Positions 9,727 through 21,518 of a stretch of 32,000 nt of DNA are shown in pieces; position 1 is the first letter of the stretch; the number at the start of each line of letters is the position of its first letter. Source of the DNA: an uncultured Sangeribacter sp. (GTDB lineage: Bacteria > Bacteroidota > Bacteroidia > Bacteroidales > Muribaculaceae); NCBI GenBank assembly GCA_964480495.1, contig CAYZPH010000002.1, positions 59,357-91,356 of the forward strand. Direction: 5' to 3'. The position numbers and the translations under genes were made by a program. Below the pieces are notes generated by a model that had not been told where the DNA came from, did not search any database, and saw nothing but the letters and a program-made list of their open reading frames with translations.

Positions 9727-9774
9727 GTGTTTCTTTTCACTTTTTATGAATTATGTAAGTTCATTGGTAAGTAT

Positions 9775-9810
9775 ATATAAAAATTATTGCCCTGACAATC
9801 AGGGCAATAA
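9775..9810 (-). terminator. Rho-independent terminator after the regulator gene
   Basis: Perfect 12-bp stem ttattgccctga / tcagggcaataa (9784-9795 and 9799-9810) with a 3-nt loop. On the minus strand it is followed by tttttatatat. It lies 52 bp downstream of the regulator stop codon. Confidence 0.7.
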
Positions 9811-9861
9811 AGAAAAGTTTCTTTAATTTTCGGTAAATCTCGAAACTTGACTTCCGAGCGT

Positions 9862-11655
9862 TTAGTTCTCTATTCTTCCGAGTTTTCTAACGGTTTCGGC
9901 AAACTGTTCACGGCTCACGGCAGCCTTGTTTCGTGTTCGTTGGCGAGTATTGTATACAGTCTGCACTGAGCAGTGGAGAAACTTCGCAATCTTTACGCTA
10001 TCGTTGAGACCAAGTCTCACGAGAGCATAGATACGCAGTTCGGTGTTAAGAGTTTTAGGATTTCGCAACTTTATTCGCTCCTCGGGGCGCAACAAGGTGT
10101 TGAAATCCTCCACAAAACCGGGATAAATATTTAGGAAAATCTCATCAAAAGTCTCGTATAACTCCTTAATTTCGTCGTATGAAAGTTCCGGAGACTTCAC
10201 TATATCTAGCACCTTGTCAAATTTTTTGTCGACGAGCAATCTGTGGATATTGCTACGGAAATCATCCATCTTGTTGATGTAGTTGCTACAGATAGCAAAC
10301 ATGTCGGCTATATGTCTTTCCTTTTCTTCGTTGACATCTGCAAGTTCCTTTGCATTGCATTTCGCAGTCTGATACATTTCCTGAAGCTTTTCATTTGTTT
10401 CATTGAGCTGAGCTCTGATTGCAGAAAGCGCCTTCACCTTGTCGTTGAGTTCGGCATTTGCTTCGTTGAGAGTGGCTCTGGACTGCTTTAAAAGCTTGTT
10501 CTGTCGCATAATGTAGAATATCGATGCATTGATCACCGCGATAATTACGATCAAAAGCACCATATAGATATGATTTATGCGAATCTGCCTCTCACTTCTC
10601 TCCTGAATACTCTGAAGTATATCCTTCTGCAAGCGTGCCAGATTGCCAGTTCTTACCCTGCTTTTGTAGTCGTTAGCGCATGCTATGCAATAGTTTACAT
10701 ATTGATTCGCATGATCCAAATCACCGATATCGTAGAGAATTTTGGAGGCTTCTTCAAGCGATGCGATTTCTTTGTTACAAGCACGAATATCTGCCATGGC
10801 CGAGGAAAGGAGATATTTCAGATAGTTTTGCTTGTCGCCAATCTGCTCGTATAGCTTTGCGAGCACCCATGCCATCATGGCAAAATCACGAGTAGCATTG
10901 TCGGAAGAATCAACAGTTTTCCTAAGAATAGGAATTGCAGAAGCCGCCTTCTTCTTGTCATTCAAGCTGCTCCAGCCCGTAAGCCAGTAATAATTTGAGT
11001 CTCCCTCTCTGAGGTCTTTTGTCATCTCATGTAGAATACTGTCTGCCATCTGAGAATACATTCCCATTTCGTATTCCACTCCTATATAAAGGTCCGTGTG
11101 TGTTGACAGAAACAGCATTCGATCGCAATATTTAAGAGCGAGCTCAGGGGAAAGCTGTGCTGAGTCGATTGAACCAAGCACCTCCGCAGCCTTTTCGAGG
11201 AAACCAGTAGCAGAAAGCAGGTAGACACGGTTGAGATTCATTTCATCCTCTAAATCCGTCCGACCTAGTTGCTTTGCAGTGGCAAGAGCCTCATCAGCAT
11301 ATTTCATCGCAAAATCAGAGTCGTATGCACTATACTCTTCGTAGAGCGATGACTGCAGCCAGTAACGCTGTTCAAGATTTCCTGTAGCGTCCAGTTTGCG
11401 ATGAAAACTCTCAATGCGGCTTTCCTTTTCTTTTATGAACTCAGAAGATTTCAGCAGCAATGAGTCTAAATCGGTAAGTATCGTCTTTATTTCAGGCGTC
11501 AGGCGCGCCGGAATATCCTCATTCTGAGCCGTAGCAGTAGTAACCACAGCTACAACAGCACAGAACACACAACAGGCCCTAATAGCCGCACACTGCGCAA
11601 TAAACGACAAACGCACCGCCACACCACATATTTTGTCTGAAATCGTTGAATTCAT
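9862..11655 (-). CDS. Membrane-spanning one-component regulator: periplasmic TPR-like sensor, one internal TM helix, coiled coil, C-terminal HTH (DUF6377-like architecture)
   Basis: 597-aa ORF. A hydrophobic N-terminus (aa ~17-42) is followed by ~320 aa of helical TPR-like repeats. A TM helix spans aa ~361-383 (NHIYMVLLIVIIAVINASIFYIM), followed by a heptad-rich segment. The C-terminal HTH reads ELRIYALVRLGLNDSVKIAKFLHCSVQTVYNTRQRTRNK. The gene lies directly upstream of susC. Confidence 0.7.
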   Translation of the reverse strand: MNSTISDKICGVAVRLSFIAQCAAIRACCVFCAVVAVVTTATAQNEDIPARLTPEIKTILTDLDSLLLKSSEFIKEKESRIESFHRKLDATGNLEQRYWLQSSLYEEYSAYDSDFAMKYADEALATAKQLGRTDLEDEMNLNRVYLLSATGFLEKAAEVLGSIDSAQLSPELALKYCDRMLFLSTHTDLYIGVEYEMGMYSQMADSILHEMTKDLREGDSNYYWLTGWSSLNDKKKAASAIPILRKTVDSSDNATRDFAMMAWVLAKLYEQIGDKQNYLKYLLSSAMADIRACNKEIASLEEASKILYDIGDLDHANQYVNYCIACANDYKSRVRTGNLARLQKDILQSIQERSERQIRINHIYMVLLIVIIAVINASIFYIMRQNKLLKQSRATLNEANAELNDKVKALSAIRAQLNETNEKLQEMYQTAKCNAKELADVNEEKERHIADMFAICSNYINKMDDFRSNIHRLLVDKKFDKVLDIVKSPELSYDEIKELYETFDEIFLNIYPGFVEDFNTLLRPEERIKLRNPKTLNTELRIYALVRLGLNDSVKIAKFLHCSVQTVYNTRQRTRNKAAVSREQFAETVRKLGRIEN

Positions 11656-11678
11656 CTAACAGAAAAATCTATATCAAA

Positions 11679-14810
<3,132 letters not shown>

Positions 14811-14818
14811 TTATGATC

Positions 14819-15376
14819 TTACACAGTGAGAATTTCCTTTTCTTTGATAGCAAAGATCTCGTCGATTCTCTTAAGGTATTTATCGTGAAGTTTCTGTACG
14901 TTAGCCTCTGCATCTTTCTCTGCATCTTCGCTGAGGCCCTGCTTAATTTCCTTTTTAAGTCCGTCGATAGCCTCACGACGAGCATTGCGAACGGAAACCT
15001 TGGCGTTTTCAGCTTCAGATTTACATTGTTTCACGAGCTGCTTTCTACGATCTTCGGTGAGAGGAGGGATGCATAGACGGATAACCTCGCCATTGTTTTC
15101 AGGAGTTACACCCAATTCAGAGTCTAAAATTGCCTTTTCGATAACACGGAACATTGATTTCTCCCATGGAGTGATTGCGATGGTACGAGCATCAGGGACT
15201 GATACGTTTGCCACATTCGAGATAGGAGCCAAGCTGCCATAATAATCTACGCGTATGCCGTCGAGCAGTTTAGCAGAAGCCTTTCCTGCGCGAATACGTG
15301 CGAGAGTCTCTTCCAGATAATCGGCAGCGAGTTCCATCGACTCCTGCGCATTGTCAAGATATTCTTTTACTTCCAT
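14819..15376 (-). CDS. frr: Ribosome recycling factor
   Basis: Full-length Frr-like sequence ([22 protein letters not shown]...[14 protein letters not shown]...). The tracked ORF starts at a TTG (15388). The ATG at 15376 ([11 protein letters not shown]) gives the usual ~185-aa length. Confidence 0.95.
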   Translation of the reverse strand: MEVKEYLDNAQESMELAADYLEETLARIRAGKASAKLLDGIRVDYYGSLAPISNVANVSVPDARTIAITPWEKSMFRVIEKAILDSELGVTPENNGEVIRLCIPPLTEDRRKQLVKQCKSEAENAKVSVRNARREAIDGLKKEIKQGLSEDAEKDAEANVQKLHDKYLKRIDEIFAIKEKEILTV

Positions 15377-15445
15377 AATTTTATTCAATAGATAATAACT
15401 GTTTACAGTGTAATAATTATCTCAAAATCAGTGACTACTCATTGA

Positions 15446-16150
15446 TTAATAAACGAGGGTGCCGACATTATCGCCGGAAATCATTTTCTTGAGATTGCCT
15501 TCTTTGTCCATATTGAACACATAGATAGGCATACCATTTTCCTTACAGAGTGCGGTTGCAGTAAGATCCATCACCTTGAGACCTGCAGATATAACAGCAT
15601 CATAGGTAATTTTATCAAACTTTGTGGCTTTCGAATCTTTCTCCGGGTCTGCAGTATAAACGCCATCGACGCGTGTACCCTTCAGCATCACATCAGCCTC
15701 AATCTCTATAGCTCGGAGCGCGGAGCCTGTGTCGGTTGTAAAGAAGGGCTGACCGGTGCCACAACTCATGATAGCAACTTTTCCATCCTTCATGGCATCT
15801 ATTGCCTCCCACTTGCTGTATGGTTTCCCGATAGGGAACATTGGAATTGCAGTGAATACTTGAGCCGGCTGGCCAACTGATTCGAGAGCAGAAGAGAGAG
15901 CCAGGGAATTGATTACCGTAGCAAGCATACCCATCTGGTCACCTTTCACTCGGTCGAAACCTTTAGATGCACCCTGCAGTCCGCGGAATATGTTGCCACC
16001 GCCAATTACTATTCCTATCTCCACTCCAGTTCCGGCAATCTCTTTTATCTGTCGGGCGTAAGATTCAAGGCGATCACGATCAATACCGTAACCTTGAGCC
16101 CCCATCAGCGATTCTCCGGAGAGTTTAAGTAGAATTCTTTTGTATTCCAT
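15446..16150 (-). CDS. pyrH: UMP kinase
   Basis: Typical PyrH sequence starting at MEYKRILLKLSGESLMG (ATG at 16150), with GGGNIFRG. The 39 extra N-terminal codons in the tracked ORF have no PyrH counterpart and cover the promoter region. Confidence 0.95.
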   Translation of the reverse strand: MEYKRILLKLSGESLMGAQGYGIDRDRLESYARQIKEIAGTGVEIGIVIGGGNIFRGLQGASKGFDRVKGDQMGMLATVINSLALSSALESVGQPAQVFTAIPMFPIGKPYSKWEAIDAMKDGKVAIMSCGTGQPFFTTDTGSALRAIEIEADVMLKGTRVDGVYTADPEKDSKATKFDKITYDAVISAGLKVMDLTATALCKENGMPIYVFNMDKEGNLKKMISGDNVGTLVY

Positions 16151-16173
16151 GAAACGATTCGATTTGGTTTTCA

Positions 16174-16205
16174 CAAAATTATTAAAAAAATCCCATCCTC
16201 CCAAA
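16174..16205 (-). promoter_or_regulatory. Candidate pyrH promoter (-33 TTTG / -7 TAnnTTTG)
   Basis: The minus strand has TAatTTTG (plus caaaatta, 16174-16181) and TTTG (plus caaa, 16202-16205) separated by 20 nt. The -7 box lies 24 nt upstream of the pyrH ATG. Confidence 0.45.
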
Positions 16206-16230
16206 TTTGCAGTATGATAAATCTGAAAAA

Positions 16231-16262
16231 TTTGTGTATCCCATAAAAAATACCTATTTTTG
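16231..16262 (+). promoter_or_regulatory. Candidate GH97 promoter (-33 TTTG / -7 TAnnTTTG)
   Basis: tttg at 16231-16234 and tatttttg at 16255-16262 with a 20-nt spacer. The -7 box lies 28 nt upstream of the GH97 ATG. Confidence 0.5.
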
Positions 16263-16289
16263 CGCAATTAACTTATAAAAACTTGACAT

Positions 16290-18224
16290 ATGAAAACTCA
16301 TATAACACTTTTAGGACTTATCGCAATAACTTTTTGCGGAAATGCCGCAACAATAAGCAGTCCTGATGGTCGTCTGGCATTGACAACCTCTATAAAAGAT
16401 GGGAAACCTGTCTATTCCGTAAGCTATGATGGCAAAGCAATACTATTAGACTCTCCACTTGGATTCGAGTCGAATATTGGAGATTTTACGCAAAATCTCA
16501 CACAAACCTACGACAAAACCGGAGCAGTAAGTCGCAGCTTTGACCAAGATCGAATAAAAAAGAGCCATATCGACTGGAAAGCCAACACACTGTTGGAAGA
16601 ATATTCCAACGCAAAAGGACAGAAGTTTTCCGTTGAATGGGAAGTAGGCGACAATGACATAGCATTCCGCTATGTCATACCGGAACAAGGGGAGGCACGC
16701 AGCATGATTGTAAATAAAGAAGCAACGGGGTTCCGTTTTCCAGACTTCACCACAACTTTTCTTACCCCTCAAAGCGATGCGATGATTGGATGGAAACGCA
16801 CCAAGCCATCATATGAGGAAGGCTATACCCCTGATGCACCACTCAACGCACCATCGCACTACGGCCACGGCTTTACTTTCCCTGCACTATTCCATGTAGG
16901 AGACAACGGCTGGGCACTTCTGACAGAGACCGGTGTAGACGGCAGCTACTGCGGCAGTCGTCTCAGCGATTACAAGGGAGGCGTTTTCACTATCGAATAT
17001 CCTATGCCGGAGGAAAACAACGGCAACGGCTCCTCATCGCCTGGCATACCCCTACCGGGGAAAACACCTTGGCGCACTATCACCGTAGGGAGCAATCTGA
17101 AACCGATAGTAGAGACCACAATACCTTGGAATGTTGTAGAGCCACTTTATCAAGCAGAAAGCGAAGTGCGCCCCGGTAGAGGCACCTGGAGCTGGATTAT
17201 TTGGCAAGACAACTCCATCAACTATGACGACCAGATCTCTTATATCGACTTTGCCGCTGACATGGGCTACGAGAATGTGCTCGTAGACTGTGCATGGGAC
17301 ATAAATATCGGACGAGAGCGCATGGAGCAACTCGCAAAATACGCGCAAAGCAAAAGCGTGAACTTGATTATCTGGTATTCATCGTCGGGCTGGTGGAACG
17401 ATATTGTGCAAAGCCCCGTCAACATCATGTCGCGTCCGATACCCCGCAAGCAAGAGATGAAATGGCTCAAATCAATCGGGGTAAAAGGGATTAAGGTTGA
17501 TTTCTTTGGAGGAGACAAGCAAGAGACAATGCGTCTCTACGAAGATATCCTCAGCGACGCTAACGACTACGGCATCAGTGTGATTTTTCACGGATGCACA
17601 ATGCCAAGAGGATGGGAAAGAATGTATCCCAACTACGTGGGCAGTGAGGCGGTATTGGCTTCCGAGAACCTTGTGTTTAGTCAGGATTTCTGCGACAAGG
17701 CGCCTTTCCATGCAGCACTCCATCCTTTCGTCCGCAACTCAGCCGGAGTCATGGAATATGGCGGAACAGTGCTCAATAAGCGGCTGCACCGCAGCAACGA
17801 AAAGGGCAATATACGCCGCACCTCCGATGCCTTTGAGATTGCCACGGCAATTCTCTTCCAGAACCCAGTACAGAATTTCGCCTTGGCACCTAACAACCTG
17901 ACAGATGCGCCGGCAGATGCCATACAGTTTATGAAAGATGTTCCCACCACTTGGGACGAAACCCTCTACATCGACGGATACCCCGGTAAGTATGTGGTAC
18001 TTGCGCGCCGACACGCTGACAAATGGTATATAGCAGGAGTTAACGCCCTTGACAAGCCGCTCAAACTGACACTCGACCTTCCAATGCTTCAAGTCGGCGA
18101 TGAAGCGATCATCTATTCCGAGCAAAAGGGGAAGACTCTCAGTGCCAACATACTCAAAATAAAGAAACCGACAAAGGTGCAAGTAACTATCGATCCGGCA
18201 GACGGATTCGTCATTGTCAAATAA
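16290..18224 (+). CDS. Glycoside hydrolase family 97 (alpha-glucosidase/alpha-galactosidase type), secreted
   Basis: 644-aa ORF with a signal peptide. It has a GH97-type N-domain start (ISSPDGRLALT...DGKPVYSVSYDGKAILLDSPLG), a central TIM-barrel region with GVKGIKVDFFGGD, and a C-terminal DKWYIAGVN beta-sandwich. Confidence 0.85.
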   Translation: MKTHITLLGLIAITFCGNAATISSPDGRLALTTSIKDGKPVYSVSYDGKAILLDSPLGFESNIGDFTQNLTQTYDKTGAVSRSFDQDRIKKSHIDWKANTLLEEYSNAKGQKFSVEWEVGDNDIAFRYVIPEQGEARSMIVNKEATGFRFPDFTTTFLTPQSDAMIGWKRTKPSYEEGYTPDAPLNAPSHYGHGFTFPALFHVGDNGWALLTETGVDGSYCGSRLSDYKGGVFTIEYPMPEENNGNGSSSPGIPLPGKTPWRTITVGSNLKPIVETTIPWNVVEPLYQAESEVRPGRGTWSWIIWQDNSINYDDQISYIDFAADMGYENVLVDCAWDINIGRERMEQLAKYAQSKSVNLIIWYSSSGWWNDIVQSPVNIMSRPIPRKQEMKWLKSIGVKGIKVDFFGGDKQETMRLYEDILSDANDYGISVIFHGCTMPRGWERMYPNYVGSEAVLASENLVFSQDFCDKAPFHAALHPFVRNSAGVMEYGGTVLNKRLHRSNEKGNIRRTSDAFEIATAILFQNPVQNFALAPNNLTDAPADAIQFMKDVPTTWDETLYIDGYPGKYVVLARRHADKWYIAGVNALDKPLKLTLDLPMLQVGDEAIIYSEQKGKTLSANILKIKKPTKVQVTIDPADGFVIVK

Positions 18225-18286
18225 CGAGTTTGCTGTTGTTGCGCTCCGCCATATCATAAGTGGCGGTTATATGACTGAAGAGATCC

Positions 18287-18336
18287 GCCCTCTAAAAGTT
18301 TTTTATCTAACTTTTAGAGGGCTCTTTATTTTAATA
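18287..18336 (+). repeat. Left copy of a perfect 50-bp direct repeat; doubles as a terminator hairpin after GH97
   Basis: The sequence gccctctaaaagttttttatctaacttttagagggctctttattttaata is identical to 23573-23622. It holds a perfect 14-bp stem (18287-18300 / 18309-18322), an 8-nt loop and a T-rich tail. It lies 62 bp after the GH97 stop. Confidence 0.9.
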
Positions 18337-18666
18337 CACCCTCACCCGGAGCCAATTCTCAGTAAGTACTATTGCGACAAGCAATAGATTATTCCCTACA
18401 GAAGGAGAATTCAAACGAAAAGCTTAGGGTCTATTACTATCATGGGCATCTTATCAGAACATGGGAGATGTTGACAAATCATTCGTGAGAGGGATTGATC
18501 TTTGTGATGACAAACAACATTCCGACTATTTTTACACATTACGCAAGAAATAATATTCTGAAGGGGAATTTAGAATTTTCAGATTTCTTGCCTTTGCAGC
18601 TTTTATGAAAAGATATTTGTTACTTTTTCGAAGGAAGTCATGCAGTAAAACGAGAAAACGTGTATC

Positions 18667-20256
18667 ATGATTCTTGTGAAAGAAACACTGAATATAGATG
18701 ATTCCACTATAGTGAAGGAATGCAAGCATGGCAATCGGGAGGCAATGAGTCTTCTGTACACTCGTTATGCCCCAAGAATGTTGCGACTTATTTCCTTCTA
18801 CGTAAAGAATTCAGATGATGCGAAAGACATTCTCCACGATGGATTCATTGCGGCATTCACACGTATCGACACACTTCAAGACCCGGCAAAGGTCGATCAT
18901 TGGCTTGCAACTATCATAAAAAACCTCTCGCTAAAATTTCTTCAAGAACAAAGTGTGGTTTCATTACTCAATGAAATTCCTGAAGAGCCAAGCGATGACT
19001 GCGAAATAGACAATATAATTGATTTCGAAACCCTTGAGACTCTTATATGCCGTCTTCCTGATGGTTACCAGAAAGTATTCCGGTTGGCAGTTTTAGAAAA
19101 CAAGACGCACAAGGAGATTGCACAAATTCTTGGAATTGCGCCCAACTCCTCATCCTCACAGCTGTTTCATGCAAAAGTGCATTTGCGTAGGCTAATAATG
19201 GAATATAAGAAAACGGCAGGCACTCTCATATTACTTCTCATAGCAGTTGCAACAGAAACATATATTTCTTTTAACAACTCTGATTATGATGGCACAATGT
19301 CATCTAAGCCTAAATCTTTAGGAACTGCTGCATATCCGGTGGCACAACATACCAAAACATCTAGAATCGTAAGACATTCTCCCAACTGTCCAGCAACTAC
19401 TATTTCTGTTAACACATTCAAAAAGCAAGAATCGCTCATATCTATGTCTAGAAGTGAGCGTATAACTGCGGACACCATACCATCCTTGCCAGCAAAAACA
19501 GCAAAATACGATATAGATTCATCTTCAACCTATAATAACGACACGACATCTGAAGCCGAGTCTTCTCCAAAAGAGATTTTTGAATATCACTACAAAAAGC
19601 TGGATTATGAAAATGATATATCTGCAGACAATTCCTGTAAAAAAAATAAAGAAAAGGGATGGAGTGCCGGAGTGTCTTTTGACCCCGGAATAATAAATTT
19701 TGATAAATCTCTAAACGACGGAGAGTTAGCTGACAACGAACACATACACGATTACCTTAAATTTCAGAATCATAAAAATATGCTACCAATAACGGTAGGT
19801 ATTAAGATTGAGAAACGTATTACTTCTTGGCTTGGCATAGAGTCTGGACTTACTTATACATACCTTCAGTCTGATTTCGAATATCGCAAAAACCAAGCCC
19901 GATGTCAATGGCACTATATTGGGATTCCTCTGAAAGCGAATCTCTATGCATATTTATCATCAAAAATACATCTATACGTCTCTATGGGAGGCGATTTTGA
20001 AATTCCAGCATATTCAATCACAAAACCTATTAAGACAGAAAACGTTTTAGGTTATTCTTACGGAAAATTTAAATCTCCGGTTGTTTGGTCGCTTAGTGGA
20101 AGCGTTGGTATTTCCGTGCCCCTTTCACAGAAGATAGATATATATATTGAGCCTACTCTCAAGTATAATTTCCCTCACGACTATAGAGTGCCAAATGCTT
20201 GGAGCGAACACCCTTTGAATATTTCAATTCCTATAGGAGTACGTTTCAAATGGTAA
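18667..20256 (+). CDS. ECF-type sigma-70 factor fused to a TM helix, Ser/Thr-rich linker and C-terminal outer-membrane-type beta-barrel domain
   Basis: 529-aa ORF with four parts:
- aa 1-180 form an ECF sigma factor, with region 2 (DAKDILHDGFIAAF...VDHWLATIIKN) and region 4 (LPDGYQKVFRLAVLENKTHKEIAQILGIAPNSSSSQLFHAKVHLRRL).
- aa ~183-201 are a hydrophobic helix (TAGTLILLLIAVATETYIS).
- aa ~202-330 are a low-complexity S/T/K/D-rich stretch.
- aa ~331-529 show the alternating amphipathic strands of the OMP_b-brl_2/porin-like family (WSAGVSF, LGIESGLTYTYL, WHYIGIPLKANLYAY, LYVSMGGDFEIP, IYIEPTLKYNF) and end in an aromatic residue (RFKW). Confidence 0.8.
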   Translation: MILVKETLNIDDSTIVKECKHGNREAMSLLYTRYAPRMLRLISFYVKNSDDAKDILHDGFIAAFTRIDTLQDPAKVDHWLATIIKNLSLKFLQEQSVVSLLNEIPEEPSDDCEIDNIIDFETLETLICRLPDGYQKVFRLAVLENKTHKEIAQILGIAPNSSSSQLFHAKVHLRRLIMEYKKTAGTLILLLIAVATETYISFNNSDYDGTMSSKPKSLGTAAYPVAQHTKTSRIVRHSPNCPATTISVNTFKKQESLISMSRSERITADTIPSLPAKTAKYDIDSSSTYNNDTTSEAESSPKEIFEYHYKKLDYENDISADNSCKKNKEKGWSAGVSFDPGIINFDKSLNDGELADNEHIHDYLKFQNHKNMLPITVGIKIEKRITSWLGIESGLTYTYLQSDFEYRKNQARCQWHYIGIPLKANLYAYLSSKIHLYVSMGGDFEIPAYSITKPIKTENVLGYSYGKFKSPVVWSLSGSVGISVPLSQKIDIYIEPTLKYNFPHDYRVPNAWSEHPLNISIPIGVRFKW

Positions 20257-20341
20257 AGAGCCTTGAACATTGCCGGACTTAAGAGGGCTACAAAAAATAC
20301 AAAAGACATATTTACATTATATAAACTCAAAACACTAACAA

Positions 20342-21469
20342 ATGAAAATTACAAAACTATGGATTTTAGCTTCATTAACGTTGTTGTGTCTTACAACGGC
20401 ATGCAATGAAGAACTTTCGGTTTACACCGACAGAAATCCGTTTAATGATCGCATCACAGAACTTATATTCGGAATGCACAGCAAGTTGCACGAGTGTAGC
20501 CGAGGTTCGCTAATTAGAATAACACGTTTGACGACTAGCTCTTACAATGTATCAGACACACTAACGACAAGGACAGATAGTCCTAAAAGCAATGACACTT
20601 ATGAAATTCACACAGTGGAAATAGACTTCGGAAATACATCAGGCTACGCAATACTTTCTGATACGCCAGGTATAGATCAAATATTCTACTATACAGAGGA
20701 TGGATGCATCGAGGATACTACATTAATACCCCCCTTGCGAGATTTGGTCAAAGCCATACCCGAAATGGCAAACGAAATATTAACAAATACAACAGAAATT
20801 AATACTAGATCTAGCGATAATGATATAAATATCATGCCACTTGTAAAGTATGAATGGGGACAAGGAGAACCTTTTAATAACTATGCCACTTATTGCACTT
20901 GTGAAGAGTGTAGGAAAATCGGGAATCACATGCCTATCGGGTGCGTAACAGTAGCTCTTGGTCAATTTATAGCGACCATGAAAAAATTCAATGGTACATT
21001 CTATGGCAACCGTAACATCGATTTTGAATCATTGCCTACTTGCCAGCGGGATTTTTCAGCAGAACAATCACTGGCAGTCGCTCACTTTTTACAAGAAATA
21101 GCATTGAACTGCCAAACGAAGTTCCGATGCGGCGCAAGTTCCTCAACATCATATGCAGCCACAAACTATCTTCGGGATCTAGGATATTCTGTAGATCAAG
21201 TGGAAGGGAGTATTAATAAACAGCGGTTTATCAACAATCTAAAAGTGGGAAATCCTCATATAGCATACGGTGTAAGTTCTGAAAACAGAGGACATATGTG
21301 GATTGTTGATGGATTTACAGAACAGAACAATGTTTCCCAATACCATATAAATTGGGGATGGGGATCCAGCAATGGGTGGTCTTCCTGCTACAATTACATG
21401 ACTATCAAAGATCCAGAAAAGACTTATAATTATTATAAAAACCAAGGGCACCTTTATTTTGGTGGATAA
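20342..21469 (+). CDS. Lipoprotein cysteine protease, peptidase family C10 (streptopain/SpeB, Bacteroides Bfp-like) with propeptide
   Basis: 375-aa ORF with lipobox LTTAC. It carries a propeptide-like block (GYAILSDTPGIDQIFYYTEDG) and the catalytic Cys context YEWGQGEPFNNY...PIGCVTVALGQF (Cys201). The catalytic His context is RGHMWIVDGF...YHINWGWGSSNGW (His318), closely matching the SpeB GHAFVIDG...YHVNWGWGG. Confidence 0.87.
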   Translation: MKITKLWILASLTLLCLTTACNEELSVYTDRNPFNDRITELIFGMHSKLHECSRGSLIRITRLTTSSYNVSDTLTTRTDSPKSNDTYEIHTVEIDFGNTSGYAILSDTPGIDQIFYYTEDGCIEDTTLIPPLRDLVKAIPEMANEILTNTTEINTRSSDNDINIMPLVKYEWGQGEPFNNYATYCTCEECRKIGNHMPIGCVTVALGQFIATMKKFNGTFYGNRNIDFESLPTCQRDFSAEQSLAVAHFLQEIALNCQTKFRCGASSSTSYAATNYLRDLGYSVDQVEGSINKQRFINNLKVGNPHIAYGVSSENRGHMWIVDGFTEQNNVSQYHINWGWGSSNGWSSCYNYMTIKDPEKTYNYYKNQGHLYFGG

Positions 21470-21518
21470 ATAAATTACTAAATAAAAAATAACCGACAAC
21501 TTATAAAATAAGCGAAGT

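Noticed and set aside
9727-9775. Short direct repeats (gtaagt ... gtaagt, 12-bp spacing) upstream of susC as a regulator operator.
   Set aside because: These are 6-bp repeats in AT-rich DNA, easily explained by chance. There is no second occurrence elsewhere in the locus to support a motif.
17739-18257. A 172-aa minus-strand ORF overlapping the 3' end of GH97. Smaller minus-strand ORFs lie at 16446-17950.
   Set aside because: They are antisense to a full-length GH97 gene, with no motifs, promoter or signal features.
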